In this document: positions 10,427 to 19,187 of the stretch, in pieces
Layout of the letters: every line of letters begins with the position of its first letter
Numbering within the stretch: position 1 is the stretch's first letter
Sequence record: PQ287644.1
Reading direction: 5' to 3' (one strand)
DNA: 64,000 bases
Position numbers and translations under genes: made by a program
Notes under the pieces: generated by a model
Database searches by the model: none
Told to the model about the DNA's origin: nothing
Seen by the model: only the letters and a program-made list of their open reading frames with translations

Positions 10427-10460
10427 ACCTCCCTACCTAAGCTGAGCTTAGGTAGGGGGT
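10427..10460. terminator. Intergenic hairpin (CCTACC family)
   Basis: ccctacctaagc-tga-gcttaggtaggg. Confidence 0.7.
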
Positions 10461-10491
10461 GTTATACCGCATTTAAGCTAAAGGGGAAATC

Positions 10492-10504
10492 AAACCTATA
10501 TTAC
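10492..10504 (+). promoter_or_regulatory. Putative early (virion RNAP) promoter
   Basis: aaacctatattac contains the phiKZ early-promoter core TATATTAC. The motif recurs at 16236, 29245 and 58408. Confidence 0.6.
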
Positions 10505-10546
10505 CGGCGTGATTATACCCAATGGATCATTTAGGAGATTCGGTTT

Positions 10547-11254
10547 ATGCATTACCAAGTGGTGTTTGAACAAGACCTATTGGGTAAAACCCATACGCAT
10601 GACACCGGTCTGTTCATTAACGGTGAATCCAAACGGTTTTTTACCACGTTGTTGGATCATAACGAGTCGGTGTTGTATGACGTGTACGACGGACACCTGG
10701 TGATTATCCGTGAAACCAGCGAGGGGGAAGTGGAGGAATACCTAAGCGATCGGTCGTATGATTACCAGGCGTTACCGTTACTGGTGGTGATTGCGTGCTA
10801 TAAGCACAGTAAGCGGGTGGTGAAGATGGGACGGAGTACCCATACCCTGATGTTCCACGACAACAAGGACGGACGGTTTGAAGCCGTATTAGAAGCTGGT
10901 AAAGTCACCCTCCACGATAAGGAAGGGTTGGTCTTTACCCAAGACGGGGATTATTACCTGTCTCTACCGGAAGAACACGTGGCGAATATCATGCTGGAAC
11001 GGTTGAATCACAGCTTGAAGTTCTTTGACGAGAAATACAAGGTTCGGTTTAAAATAGGACGGAACTATGCGTATTTCCCGTTAACGGAAGTCTTCGCAGA
11101 CCCTGAGGTTCGGAATATCCGACTGAAGTTGGATAACCTAACAATTACTCAACCGAGCTGGGATCGTCTCAGGGAGCAGCTCATGGGCCTGTTGGAAGAC
11201 TACACCCAACCGACTCGAACTGTTCGCATGGATCTACCTATCAAGGGGGCGTAA
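10547..11254 (+). CDS. Hypothetical protein
   Basis: RBS aggag; 235 aa. Confidence 0.6.
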   Translation: MHYQVVFEQDLLGKTHTHDTGLFINGESKRFFTTLLDHNESVLYDVYDGHLVIIRETSEGEVEEYLSDRSYDYQALPLLVVIACYKHSKRVVKMGRSTHTLMFHDNKDGRFEAVLEAGKVTLHDKEGLVFTQDGDYYLSLPEEHVANIMLERLNHSLKFFDEKYKVRFKIGRNYAYFPLTEVFADPEVRNIRLKLDNLTITQPSWDRLREQLMGLLEDYTQPTRTVRMDLPIKGA

Positions 11255-11613
11255 TGGCGTATCAGGAATATGGATCTACGTTCGTTCACGACGGTAAAGT
11301 CTACCACCTCAATGACTTCCTCCGTCGAAGTGAAACACTCCCCGTTCAAACGGTTCCCTTAACGGACTTTGAATGGCTCCTGGCGTATGCCGTTGAAGAG
11401 GACAAGGACCGGATTAAGCGAGCGGACTATTCCTTTCCGTTGCTGATTACGGAATGGGAAGGGGAGTGGGTGATCATTGATGGCTGGCACCGGTTCCTTA
11501 AAGCCCATTGGGACGGACAACCCACCTTGAACGTTAAGGTCATTCCAACAGACTGGTTTAAAGGTAAAGGAAGGCCCTTTAAACTAAAGGGTTACCATAA
11601 TCGCGTTACATAG
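11254..11613 (+). CDS. Stand-alone ParB/Sulfiredoxin-like domain protein
   Basis: PLLIT...WVIIDGWHRFLKA matches the ParB-N DGxHR signature; 119 aa. Confidence 0.65.
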   Translation: MAYQEYGSTFVHDGKVYHLNDFLRRSETLPVQTVPLTDFEWLLAYAVEEDKDRIKRADYSFPLLITEWEGEWVIIDGWHRFLKAHWDGQPTLNVKVIPTDWFKGKGRPFKLKGYHNRVT

Positions 11614-11621
11614 CGTGACAT

Positions 11622-11659
11622 ACCCCTACCCCTAGCGCTCAGGCTAGGGGGTAGGGGGT
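11622..11659. terminator. Hairpin between convergent genes (CCTACC family)
   Basis: acccctacccctagc...gctagggggtaggggg between the ParB-like and DnaB stop codons. Confidence 0.7.
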
Positions 11660-11677
11660 CTATTATTCATTTTGTCT

Positions 11678-13210
11678 TTACATGGCGTCCCAATCTTTCA
11701 CGACATCACCATTCTCATTAAAGCGTTGTTGCAAAGACCGTCTAAAGGCGGGTTTACCATTAATGTCATGTACAAGCCCTAACACGGGATCAAGATCATA
11801 AATAAAGAACCGCTTCTCAGGTGAACACCCTTCACCCCGTTGTTTACCAATGGAACAGGTAAAGTAATTCTTCATGGACGTCTTCGCCACATGAATGGTA
11901 ATAACACCATCCACTTCGTTGGTAATCTTCGTAGACGTTTCTGTCATTGACTTACCAGAGACTTCCCGAGCGAAGTAGACCTCAGACTCATCATCCAGTT
12001 CTTTTAGTAGTTTCTTAGCTTCAGGACTCAACTGGTGAGGTGTCAAGAAACAAATACCCCGTGCAATCATAAATGACCGGACGGTGCGGAACAGTAATTG
12101 AAGTTTATCGGACTTATTCTCACCAGGGAGTTTATCGAAATTCTGCAGCGCCAAGTAATCATACCCGTACAGGATGATCTCATGACCTTTGAGTTCCAAT
12201 TGCCGTACACGAGCGAACATCTTGTCCCGGTTGTCTTTATGGGCTTCAATCTGGTTAATCACCAGGTACCACCCATTCTTCCGGAAGCAATCCGCAATAG
12301 CGGTTACAATGTCTACGCTTTCAGTCACCTGAAAGTCCCGGTCTTCTTTGTACTTGGTGGTTACCGCCAGCTTGTAGATCCGACGAATCACCAGTTCCAT
12401 GGCATCCTCAGCCGATTCATACAGGATCGTTGGAATCTTGGCCTTATTCCGCAGCATGGGTTTGTTGTACATCCCCGCTGAGGCAATCAGGTGAGCCATA
12501 CCGAAAGACTTACCTCGGTTCGTCATGGCTTCTAGGAGGTACATCTTACTTCGACGTAATCCTCCATCCGGTTCCAATCCTTGATTAAGACCTTGAATAC
12601 CGGTTTTAATGATCCCTTCTACACTGTTCTCCGTCTTCGCCATCTCGATGATATCGAGCATACTTTCCGGCGTGCCCGTATTGACGGAACTCACCACTTC
12701 GGATTGACGTTCCCCATACGCGTTATTCACCCGCTCTTGGATCAAATCAATCAGTTTAGCAAAGTCTTCGGGTTTGGTATCAACGAGGTCCTTGTACAGG
12801 ACTTCTTTCATAGCCTTCTTGAACTGCTTCTCGAAGACCTCATCTTCCATACTGGAACGAATCTCTGTGATCTGTTTATACACCAGACGACGAGACAGTT
12901 CTTCTGTTTCCAGGTCTTCCAACCCAACATTCACCGCATCCCTGAGACTGTCATCATTCTTACAGAAGATCGCTACCCGCTGCATCAGCAACGATTTTAT
13001 AAGTGGATCGTCATTGGACTGGTCTAGCAGCCAGCTAATTGAAGACCGGATACTGTCCCTGACGCGTCGGTCTTGCGACATCACATCGGGATTTGGGGCT
13101 GGGAGTTCTTCCAGTAAGTCTGTCAGTTCTTCGATCAGGTTCGTGTCTTTTAGTTTTTTGGCCTGATAAATTGCTGATAACAGTTTTACTAACACCAGCA
13201 AATCGTTCAT
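11678..13210 (-). CDS. dnaB: DnaB-like replicative helicase
   Basis: Walker A AMTNRGKS, ILYESAED, DYL motif, TPHQLS, GKQRG. Sits upstream of the capsid gene as in phiKZ-like phages. ATG at 13210 with RBS aggggt. Confidence 0.85.
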   Translation of the reverse strand: MNDLLVLVKLLSAIYQAKKLKDTNLIEELTDLLEELPAPNPDVMSQDRRVRDSIRSSISWLLDQSNDDPLIKSLLMQRVAIFCKNDDSLRDAVNVGLEDLETEELSRRLVYKQITEIRSSMEDEVFEKQFKKAMKEVLYKDLVDTKPEDFAKLIDLIQERVNNAYGERQSEVVSSVNTGTPESMLDIIEMAKTENSVEGIIKTGIQGLNQGLEPDGGLRRSKMYLLEAMTNRGKSFGMAHLIASAGMYNKPMLRNKAKIPTILYESAEDAMELVIRRIYKLAVTTKYKEDRDFQVTESVDIVTAIADCFRKNGWYLVINQIEAHKDNRDKMFARVRQLELKGHEIILYGYDYLALQNFDKLPGENKSDKLQLLFRTVRSFMIARGICFLTPHQLSPEAKKLLKELDDESEVYFAREVSGKSMTETSTKITNEVDGVITIHVAKTSMKNYFTCSIGKQRGEGCSPEKRFFIYDLDPVLGLVHDINGKPAFRRSLQQRFNENGDVVKDWDAM

Positions 13211-13235
13211 GCTAACCCCTGAGAGTGTAAAGTAG

Positions 13236-13781
13236 ATGATTTTTAAATACCCTAACGGTTTACCGTTCGAGTTGTATGTGGTAACCGGGGAGTTGGTTGA
13301 CACCCTGGTGGCTCAATCCATCCCGCTCTGTGGATTGAAAGAAATTTCTGCATACCATGACAAGATCACCTTTGGTGAAATGGCTAACTTTGTAGCTTTG
13401 CAGTATGCGGCAGCCAAAGTCTTTGGTGTAGAAATGCCTGACCCTACGGCGTACTTTGGTCATGGGTATAACGCGGGGATGGTAGCCGAAGCATTTAATG
13501 GGGTGGACAGTGATGCAATAGCCACCCTCCTTCGTACCGCCAATCATTTCCGATCGACGGTTAATGGTCAAGTGATTCTCATTGGAGTCGAGGTAGGGGA
13601 CCATAAAGCCACCGCTAGCTGGGAGAAACTTCAAGCCAAAACAATCTCAACCGCCGTATTGGAAACACTTTATGCAAGGGTCGGTTATTTGGAAAGTCAT
13701 TTCGGTCCCGTACCGAAAGCAGGTTTAGGGGAATTGACTCTGGCTGAAGTGTTCAAGCTGATCCACCTTCAAAACCCCTGA
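13236..13781 (+). CDS. Conserved hypothetical protein between DnaB and the capsid gene
   Basis: 181-aa ORF divergent from dnaB. Confidence 0.55.
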   Translation: MIFKYPNGLPFELYVVTGELVDTLVAQSIPLCGLKEISAYHDKITFGEMANFVALQYAAAKVFGVEMPDPTAYFGHGYNAGMVAEAFNGVDSDAIATLLRTANHFRSTVNGQVILIGVEVGDHKATASWEKLQAKTISTAVLETLYARVGYLESHFGPVPKAGLGELTLAEVFKLIHLQNP

Positions 13782-13799
13782 TTAAAAGGCTGCATGCAT

Positions 13800-13806
13800 T
13801 TTATGT
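13800..13806 (+). promoter_or_regulatory. Possible late promoter (TATG)
   Basis: ttttatgtg about 60 nt upstream of the capsid ATG. phiKZ late promoters carry TATG at the start site, but the motif is too short to be firm. Confidence 0.3.
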
Positions 13807-13863
13807 GCAGTTCTATTGCGCAACAAACATGTTTGTTACTCATCTCGAACAGGATTTATATCC

Positions 13864-16089
13864 ATGGCAAAGCAACTACGAACCTCCATTAATGGAGACA
13901 ACAATCTTTTCAGCGATGTCTGCAAGTCTCTGGTAGCTGGTAGTCTTTCCAACATCACTGGTAACGAGAGCTTCGCGGACTTCCGTAGCACTCTTCAGAG
14001 CGCGGGCGGTCAGGAAGGTTTTCTGGTCAACCGTCTGATCGGTCGTTCGCTTCCGAACGTCAGTGGTACCGAGGGCCTGGACCTGCACACGGGCTTCAAC
14101 TCGGCTACCTACGACATCGTCCAAGGTATCCTGGAACGCAAGAGCCGTGACCTGATCCCCATGGACTGCGTTCGTATCTTCCAAGAAGCCGGTGATAACT
14201 TCGCCAAGGTGGAAGGTGCTGAAGGCTTCTCGATGCAGAACTTCGAGGGTCGTGAACAAGAGATTCGTGCCGCCAACCTGACCCTGAACGCCCAGAGCCA
14301 CCTTCAAACCGAAGGCGCTGAAGCCCTGTTCGCCACCGTCGGTGTGCGTTATCAAGACGAAGGTGCCGAGCTGATCGTTCGTGCAGCGGGTCTGGGTACC
14401 TACGCGTACGGCAACACCCCGTGGCAATCGGCTTCGGAACTGCGTCCGATCTTCGGCCTGCTCCGCAGCGGCGATATGTTCAAAGACGAAGCCCTGGCCG
14501 TCTATCCGGTGTACCCGGACGATAACGCGAGCGAAGACCGTGCCTTCTTCGTGGCCAGCAGTGTCATCGCCCCGCGTCCTGTGAAATACGCGCAAGGTGA
14601 TGCCTACGGTCGTGGCGAGCACGAAACCCAAATGCTGGCGGTTCCGGTATCGATTCCGAACCTGCTCGCCCTGACCCAAGCGCCAGGTCAACGTCCGTGG
14701 AATTCCACCGACGAACTCGAATCCAACTCCATCTCCGTGTCTCTCATCGCCGCAAGCGGTAAGCTGGACGGTACTGATATTTCGTTCTTCATCAAAACCG
14801 GTGCGATGTCGAACAACACCTTCGCACCAGCCAACAACGCCCAGACGAGCGATGAGCGCCAACTGAACCTGCAAGTCAAGCAACTGCCGGGCTTCTCGGT
14901 GAGCGACAAAGACGGCAAAGTGGTGGGTGAAACCATTTTCGCCAGCTTCAAGTCCGCAGGTTACGAACCGCTGCTGGCCTTCCGCCTGACTGGTAGCTAC
15001 CAACGCCAGACCAACGAGTTCAACCTGCAACCGGGTACTGTGACCATCACCGCTGTTCGCAACATCACTACCGGTGTGGTCACCAAGATCGGCTTCGCTG
15101 ACAGCACGGTTAAAGCCCTGATGCGCTCCTTCACCGAAGGTAAACTGATCGGTGCTATTACCACCCAGAACGTATCGAACACCAACCGCGGTAACTTCGG
15201 TTATCGGATTGAAGTGTACGATGCCAAGAAACACCTGTCGGTGAAACGTCGTTCTCCGATCTCGGTGAAATACCCGATCTCGGCTGATGACGTCAACCAG
15301 GCCAGCCTGGACTTCGCACTGAGCCAGATGTCGGTGGTGATTAACAACCAATGCTCCGCTCACGCTTTCCAAGCGGCTGAGAAGCACATCGAGTATGTCA
15401 CCTCGATTACCGGTCAACCGGTGGTGGCCAACGACCAAGGTTCGGAAGTGCTCGCGGGTCAGCACTTTGTAAGTCCGATCGCCATCAACCGTAGCTTCAA
15501 GCTGGCTGATGTGATCTCGGCCAACAGTTCTTCGGATGTGTTCGTGTCGGTGGCATCGGCCATTACCAACGAGATCGCTGATATCGTTGCGGCCCTGAAC
15601 ACCAAGTCCGGCCTGGCATCCATTGCGGAATACAGCACTGGCAATACCAAGAACGCCTGGACGGTGGTCGTCCATCAGAACTTGAGCCGTTTCATCTTCC
15701 GTACGGGTGATGCGCGGACCATTGGTCCGATCAACAACCTGAAAGTGGTTGAAACCAACTTCGACAGCATGATCGGTAAGATGTACATCGTTCCGACCAA
15801 CGATTCCAACAACGAAACCATTAACCCGCTGGCGGGTATTGGTGTTCTGGTATCGAAGGAGAACGTGGTCGTACAGGGTAACATCACACGTGACAACAGC
15901 GACTTCGGTGTCGTGATGACCCTGCCGAGCTACAAACACTGGCCGCTCAACGTGGTCATTGGTTCTCTGGTCATCGAAGATGCTGAAGACCTGCTGAGCG
16001 ACAAAGGTCTCATCAACCAACTGGCCGTCAAACGTGTCAAGGTTGAGAACATCAAGGATGCGAAACCCGACCCAAACGCCGGTCCGTGA
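13864..16089 (+). CDS. Major capsid protein (phiKZ gp120-like)
   Basis: ~741 aa with the strongest codon bias in the window. Propeptide carries GNE/GQE/GTE/GAE sites ending in GAE|GFSMQNF. Synteny is dnaB - capsid - RNAP beta-N. Confidence 0.85.
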   Translation: MAKQLRTSINGDNNLFSDVCKSLVAGSLSNITGNESFADFRSTLQSAGGQEGFLVNRLIGRSLPNVSGTEGLDLHTGFNSATYDIVQGILERKSRDLIPMDCVRIFQEAGDNFAKVEGAEGFSMQNFEGREQEIRAANLTLNAQSHLQTEGAEALFATVGVRYQDEGAELIVRAAGLGTYAYGNTPWQSASELRPIFGLLRSGDMFKDEALAVYPVYPDDNASEDRAFFVASSVIAPRPVKYAQGDAYGRGEHETQMLAVPVSIPNLLALTQAPGQRPWNSTDELESNSISVSLIAASGKLDGTDISFFIKTGAMSNNTFAPANNAQTSDERQLNLQVKQLPGFSVSDKDGKVVGETIFASFKSAGYEPLLAFRLTGSYQRQTNEFNLQPGTVTITAVRNITTGVVTKIGFADSTVKALMRSFTEGKLIGAITTQNVSNTNRGNFGYRIEVYDAKKHLSVKRRSPISVKYPISADDVNQASLDFALSQMSVVINNQCSAHAFQAAEKHIEYVTSITGQPVVANDQGSEVLAGQHFVSPIAINRSFKLADVISANSSSDVFVSVASAITNEIADIVAALNTKSGLASIAEYSTGNTKNAWTVVVHQNLSRFIFRTGDARTIGPINNLKVVETNFDSMIGKMYIVPTNDSNNETINPLAGIGVLVSKENVVVQGNITRDNSDFGVVMTLPSYKHWPLNVVIGSLVIEDAEDLLSDKGLINQLAVKRVKVENIKDAKPDPNAGP

Positions 16090-16163
16090 GTCCTGCGAAT
16101 TACGGGCGGCTTGAGTATCCCGAGTTGCCCTAGTAGGTACCTCACGGAAATTGTGTGTGCCGT

Positions 16164-16202
16164 TAGCCCTACCCACCCCCGGTTAGGGGGTGGGTAGGGC
16201 TA
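16164..16202. terminator. Capsid gene terminator hairpin
   Basis: 14-bp stem gccctacccacccc/ggggtgggtagggc. Confidence 0.75.
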
Positions 16203-16235
16203 TATTTGCAGTTATACCGTTTATTGGAATATTTT

Positions 16236-16248
16236 AAACCTACATTAT
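16236..16248 (+). promoter_or_regulatory. Putative early promoter
   Basis: ttttaaacctacattat, upstream of the operon containing the nvRNAP subunit. Confidence 0.6.
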
Positions 16249-16320
16249 CCTTGGGTACAAGACAATAGGTTATCTGACCGCGCACCAGATGATCTTGACA
16301 CTAACTTGAGGATCCTCACC

Positions 16321-17457
16321 ATGAATGATGTTTCACCCTACCGGCATTTCCGGCTGACTTATGATATCACTAATATGAGCAGCAAACAGATTATCGTCAA
16401 GGCGAAAGGAGGGCTGAGTTACCTTATTCGCAAACCGCTAGAGGCTTCGTGGTATCCCGGGGCTGTAATCGATATCAAATTCGATCGTCTGTATGTCGGT
16501 GATTTCAGTTTTGATAAGTCAGCGGCGCGGAGTAAATTCGACCGTCTGCTGATTGATAAGATCCAAGCTCACCTGAGCTTTGTGTCGAGTAAAGAGTCGC
16601 ACGTGGACATTCGGCAGTATCATGACTTCGGCGTCACGATCAAACTGAACAGGGATGTGGTTGAAGACCTGGAAGGTGAACCGATCCACAGTGATATTCT
16701 CGGCATCACGTTGTATAACCGGGAAGAGAATACCAGCGATCTTTATCCCCTGAATACGCCAGACTACACCCTCAATGACCTGATGAAGTGGGGAATCGGT
16801 GAGAGTGATGAGCCGGGAGGTCTTCATTACTACGTGTATCTGAACGATCCCCTGAGTGTTCAAAACCCGTTGTACACCAATGTCATGGGTAAAGCGGTAA
16901 TGGTCCCTACGGTCAGGGAGATGAATAAAGATCATGGGTTGTATGTGGGATTGGTCTGCGGTAATTCACTACCGAAGAAGCTATTCTACACCTTTGACCA
17001 TCTCTGCGATGAAACCCTGGGTTTCCTGGGTATCTTTAAGACCAAAGCAGAATGTGAGATGGGAGGGAACACGGAACGGGCAATGACTGCCGAGAAGAAA
17101 GTGGTTGAACTGAATAAACAACTGAGTTCAGCCAACAACGAGATTTCCAAACTGAAGGACTTGGTAGACGAGAATGTCCGTAAGAGTGTTGAGTTGGGTA
17201 TCGAGCTGACCCACCTCAAAAGTGCTCATCGGTTGGAACTCATGCAAGCGAGAAATGAACGTCAACTGGAGGTGAATCGGCTGCAAATCAACAATGATGC
17301 GACCAAAGTACGGAGTGAAATGGACAAGACCTTGAGTAAGGCGAATCTGGAGTTCACCCGCCAGCGGGCCAGCGCTAACAACTGGGGAGAAGTGGCTAAG
17401 GCGGTTGGGGCTATTGCAACCGTGTTTGCTGCGGGGTATAAACTATGTACTTCCTGA
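16321..17457 (+). CDS. Conserved hypothetical protein with C-terminal coiled coil
   Basis: 378 aa. Heptad-rich C-third ending in hydrophobic WGEVAKAVGAIATVFAAGY. Confidence 0.65.
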   Translation: MNDVSPYRHFRLTYDITNMSSKQIIVKAKGGLSYLIRKPLEASWYPGAVIDIKFDRLYVGDFSFDKSAARSKFDRLLIDKIQAHLSFVSSKESHVDIRQYHDFGVTIKLNRDVVEDLEGEPIHSDILGITLYNREENTSDLYPLNTPDYTLNDLMKWGIGESDEPGGLHYYVYLNDPLSVQNPLYTNVMGKAVMVPTVREMNKDHGLYVGLVCGNSLPKKLFYTFDHLCDETLGFLGIFKTKAECEMGGNTERAMTAEKKVVELNKQLSSANNEISKLKDLVDENVRKSVELGIELTHLKSAHRLELMQARNERQLEVNRLQINNDATKVRSEMDKTLSKANLEFTRQRASANNWGEVAKAVGAIATVFAAGYKLCTS

Positions 17458-17474
17458 TATGGTAGGTAGGTAGG

Positions 17475-19187
17475 ATGGACCGGCAACTCATTAAACACAT
17501 TGAAAATTCCATGCCGAAGTTCAATAAGTTACTGGTGGATGGATTTCATCAGAAGGAGTTTAGTAATGCGTTAGGAGTGTTCGATCATTCCATGAGGGCC
17601 ATTCTGAAAAGTGTTGAGAAACGGGGTGTCTTTTACAAGAAAACCACACGGGCTTCACCCCGGGAGTTCATTGACTACTTGATCAACAGCAGTCGTAAAG
17701 TCTTCGATGTCCATAAGGAAAGCCTGTATCCGGTTAAGATCTGGATCCAGTATAAGGACCGAGGGGGTAAGTTAACGGACTTTTACACCTACACCATGCT
17801 CCCGTATACGGATAAGTACGGGGATCTGTGGTTGAGGGGATCGTTGTATAACCCTCAGATCGTACTCGCTGAACAGGGTCTACCCGTAACGAAAGAGAAC
17901 GCCTTGTTTGTGAAAGTGCTGGGTTTCAAGTTTAAGATTGGAATCGAGCATTTCAATTTCTGTCAAGTCTTTACTGACACAGGAATTGAGACCCATCGTC
18001 ACACGGATATCAACCTGGCGGCTAACCGGTTCTACAGTCCAACCGAATCCCGGAAGATCAAGGACAGTAAGACCCCTGTTCCGTTGTTGGCGTGGTATAT
18101 CTTTGCGGACATGGGCTTCAGTACGGCCATGGAGGAATATGCGGAGTGTGACTTCCGCATAGGCTCTCTGGATGCGCTGCTTAACGAATGCAAGGCAGAA
18201 GACCGGTGGGAAGTCTTTACCGGTCCTAAGCGTGCTTCGGATAATAAACCTTCGTTAGGTGATTATGTCAGTTTGGACATCGGTATTGCGGTACGGAACA
18301 AGTCTAGCAGTCGTAAGGAACTGAGCGCAGTCGGGTTACAGTACAGCTGTGCTTTATTGTTCATTGCGAACTGTTGTTCGTCGTACTTTGATATTGAACG
18401 GTTGGATGATCCGGACTATTGGAAGCTGATCATAGGGCGGTGTTCCGTTAAGGCGGGTGACAGTGACGAGTACATCATGCGTTTGATGTATGAGCACTTC
18501 GATTCCATTCGGGAGTACCTGGATGAAGATTCGATTAAGAAGTTCGCTGCTAAATCGATCGTAGTGACTAATATGTTCGATCTGTTCAACTACATCATTG
18601 CGAACCGCAGTGAGATTGTCCAGACCACCGACCGTGCGTCAGCGTTCAATAAAGACTTGGCCAGTTTGGAATTCACGCTGGACAGTCTGCTGACGTCTGC
18701 CAATAACTTCAAGCACGATATCAAGAACAACTCGGAAATCAACCAGAAAAAGGTGGCGAGGTTCTTGACTCACAATTTCCCTATTAAGGAGATCGACAAT
18801 GCACAATACGCCAACCTTATCCTGGAACCCACCCCTACGGATAATCCGTTCGTAGACTACGGGTTGGGCTGCATGCCCCAACACAAGGTCTATACCGGTG
18901 GTGGTAAGCGTAAACGGGGTGACTTCGACACGTCAGACAGTTCAACCTTTACCCACGCGTCGCTTCCCTTTGTTCATAGTTTTTTACGGGTTACGAATCC
19001 TAATCCTGATGCACGGGGATTCCTTAATCCAAGCATTTATCTGATCAATAATCGTACAACGGGCTTAGACCCTCAATTTAAAGAACTCTACGAACGAACA
19101 GATAAACGCCTCAAGAAAAGAGAACCATGGCCATGGCAAACATCCTCCGTCCATCCGGACAAGTCAACCGAGGAACCGTCTCAATAG
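17475..19187 (+). CDS. Non-virion RNA polymerase beta subunit, N-terminal part (phiKZ gp123-like)
   Basis: 570 aa. MLPY...GDLWLRGSLYNPQIVL resembles the N-terminal beta region, and the C-terminal HASLPFVHSFLRVT..NP..RG.LNP resembles beta core motifs. Located two genes downstream of the capsid gene. Confidence 0.75.
   Translation: MDRQLIKHIENSMPKFNKLLVDGFHQKEFSNALGVFDHSMRAILKSVEKRGVFYKKTTRASPREFIDYLINSSRKVFDVHKESLYPVKIWIQYKDRGGKLTDFYTYTMLPYTDKYGDLWLRGSLYNPQIVLAEQGLPVTKENALFVKVLGFKFKIGIEHFNFCQVFTDTGIETHRHTDINLAANRFYSPTESRKIKDSKTPVPLLAWYIFADMGFSTAMEEYAECDFRIGSLDALLNECKAEDRWEVFTGPKRASDNKPSLGDYVSLDIGIAVRNKSSSRKELSAVGLQYSCALLFIANCCSSYFDIERLDDPDYWKLIIGRCSVKAGDSDEYIMRLMYEHFDSIREYLDEDSIKKFAAKSIVVTNMFDLFNYIIANRSEIVQTTDRASAFNKDLASLEFTLDSLLTSANNFKHDIKNNSEINQKKVARFLTHNFPIKEIDNAQYANLILEPTPTDNPFVDYGLGCMPQHKVYTGGGKRKRGDFDTSDSSTFTHASLPFVHSFLRVTNPNPDARGFLNPSIYLINNRTTGLDPQFKELYERTDKRLKKREPWPWQTSSVHPDKSTEEPSQ

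Noticed and set aside
13876-16176. 766-aa minus-strand ORF antisense to the capsid gene
   Set aside because: Shadow ORF: the optimised capsid gene avoids TTA/CTA/TCA codons, which removes antisense stops. No RBS or motif.
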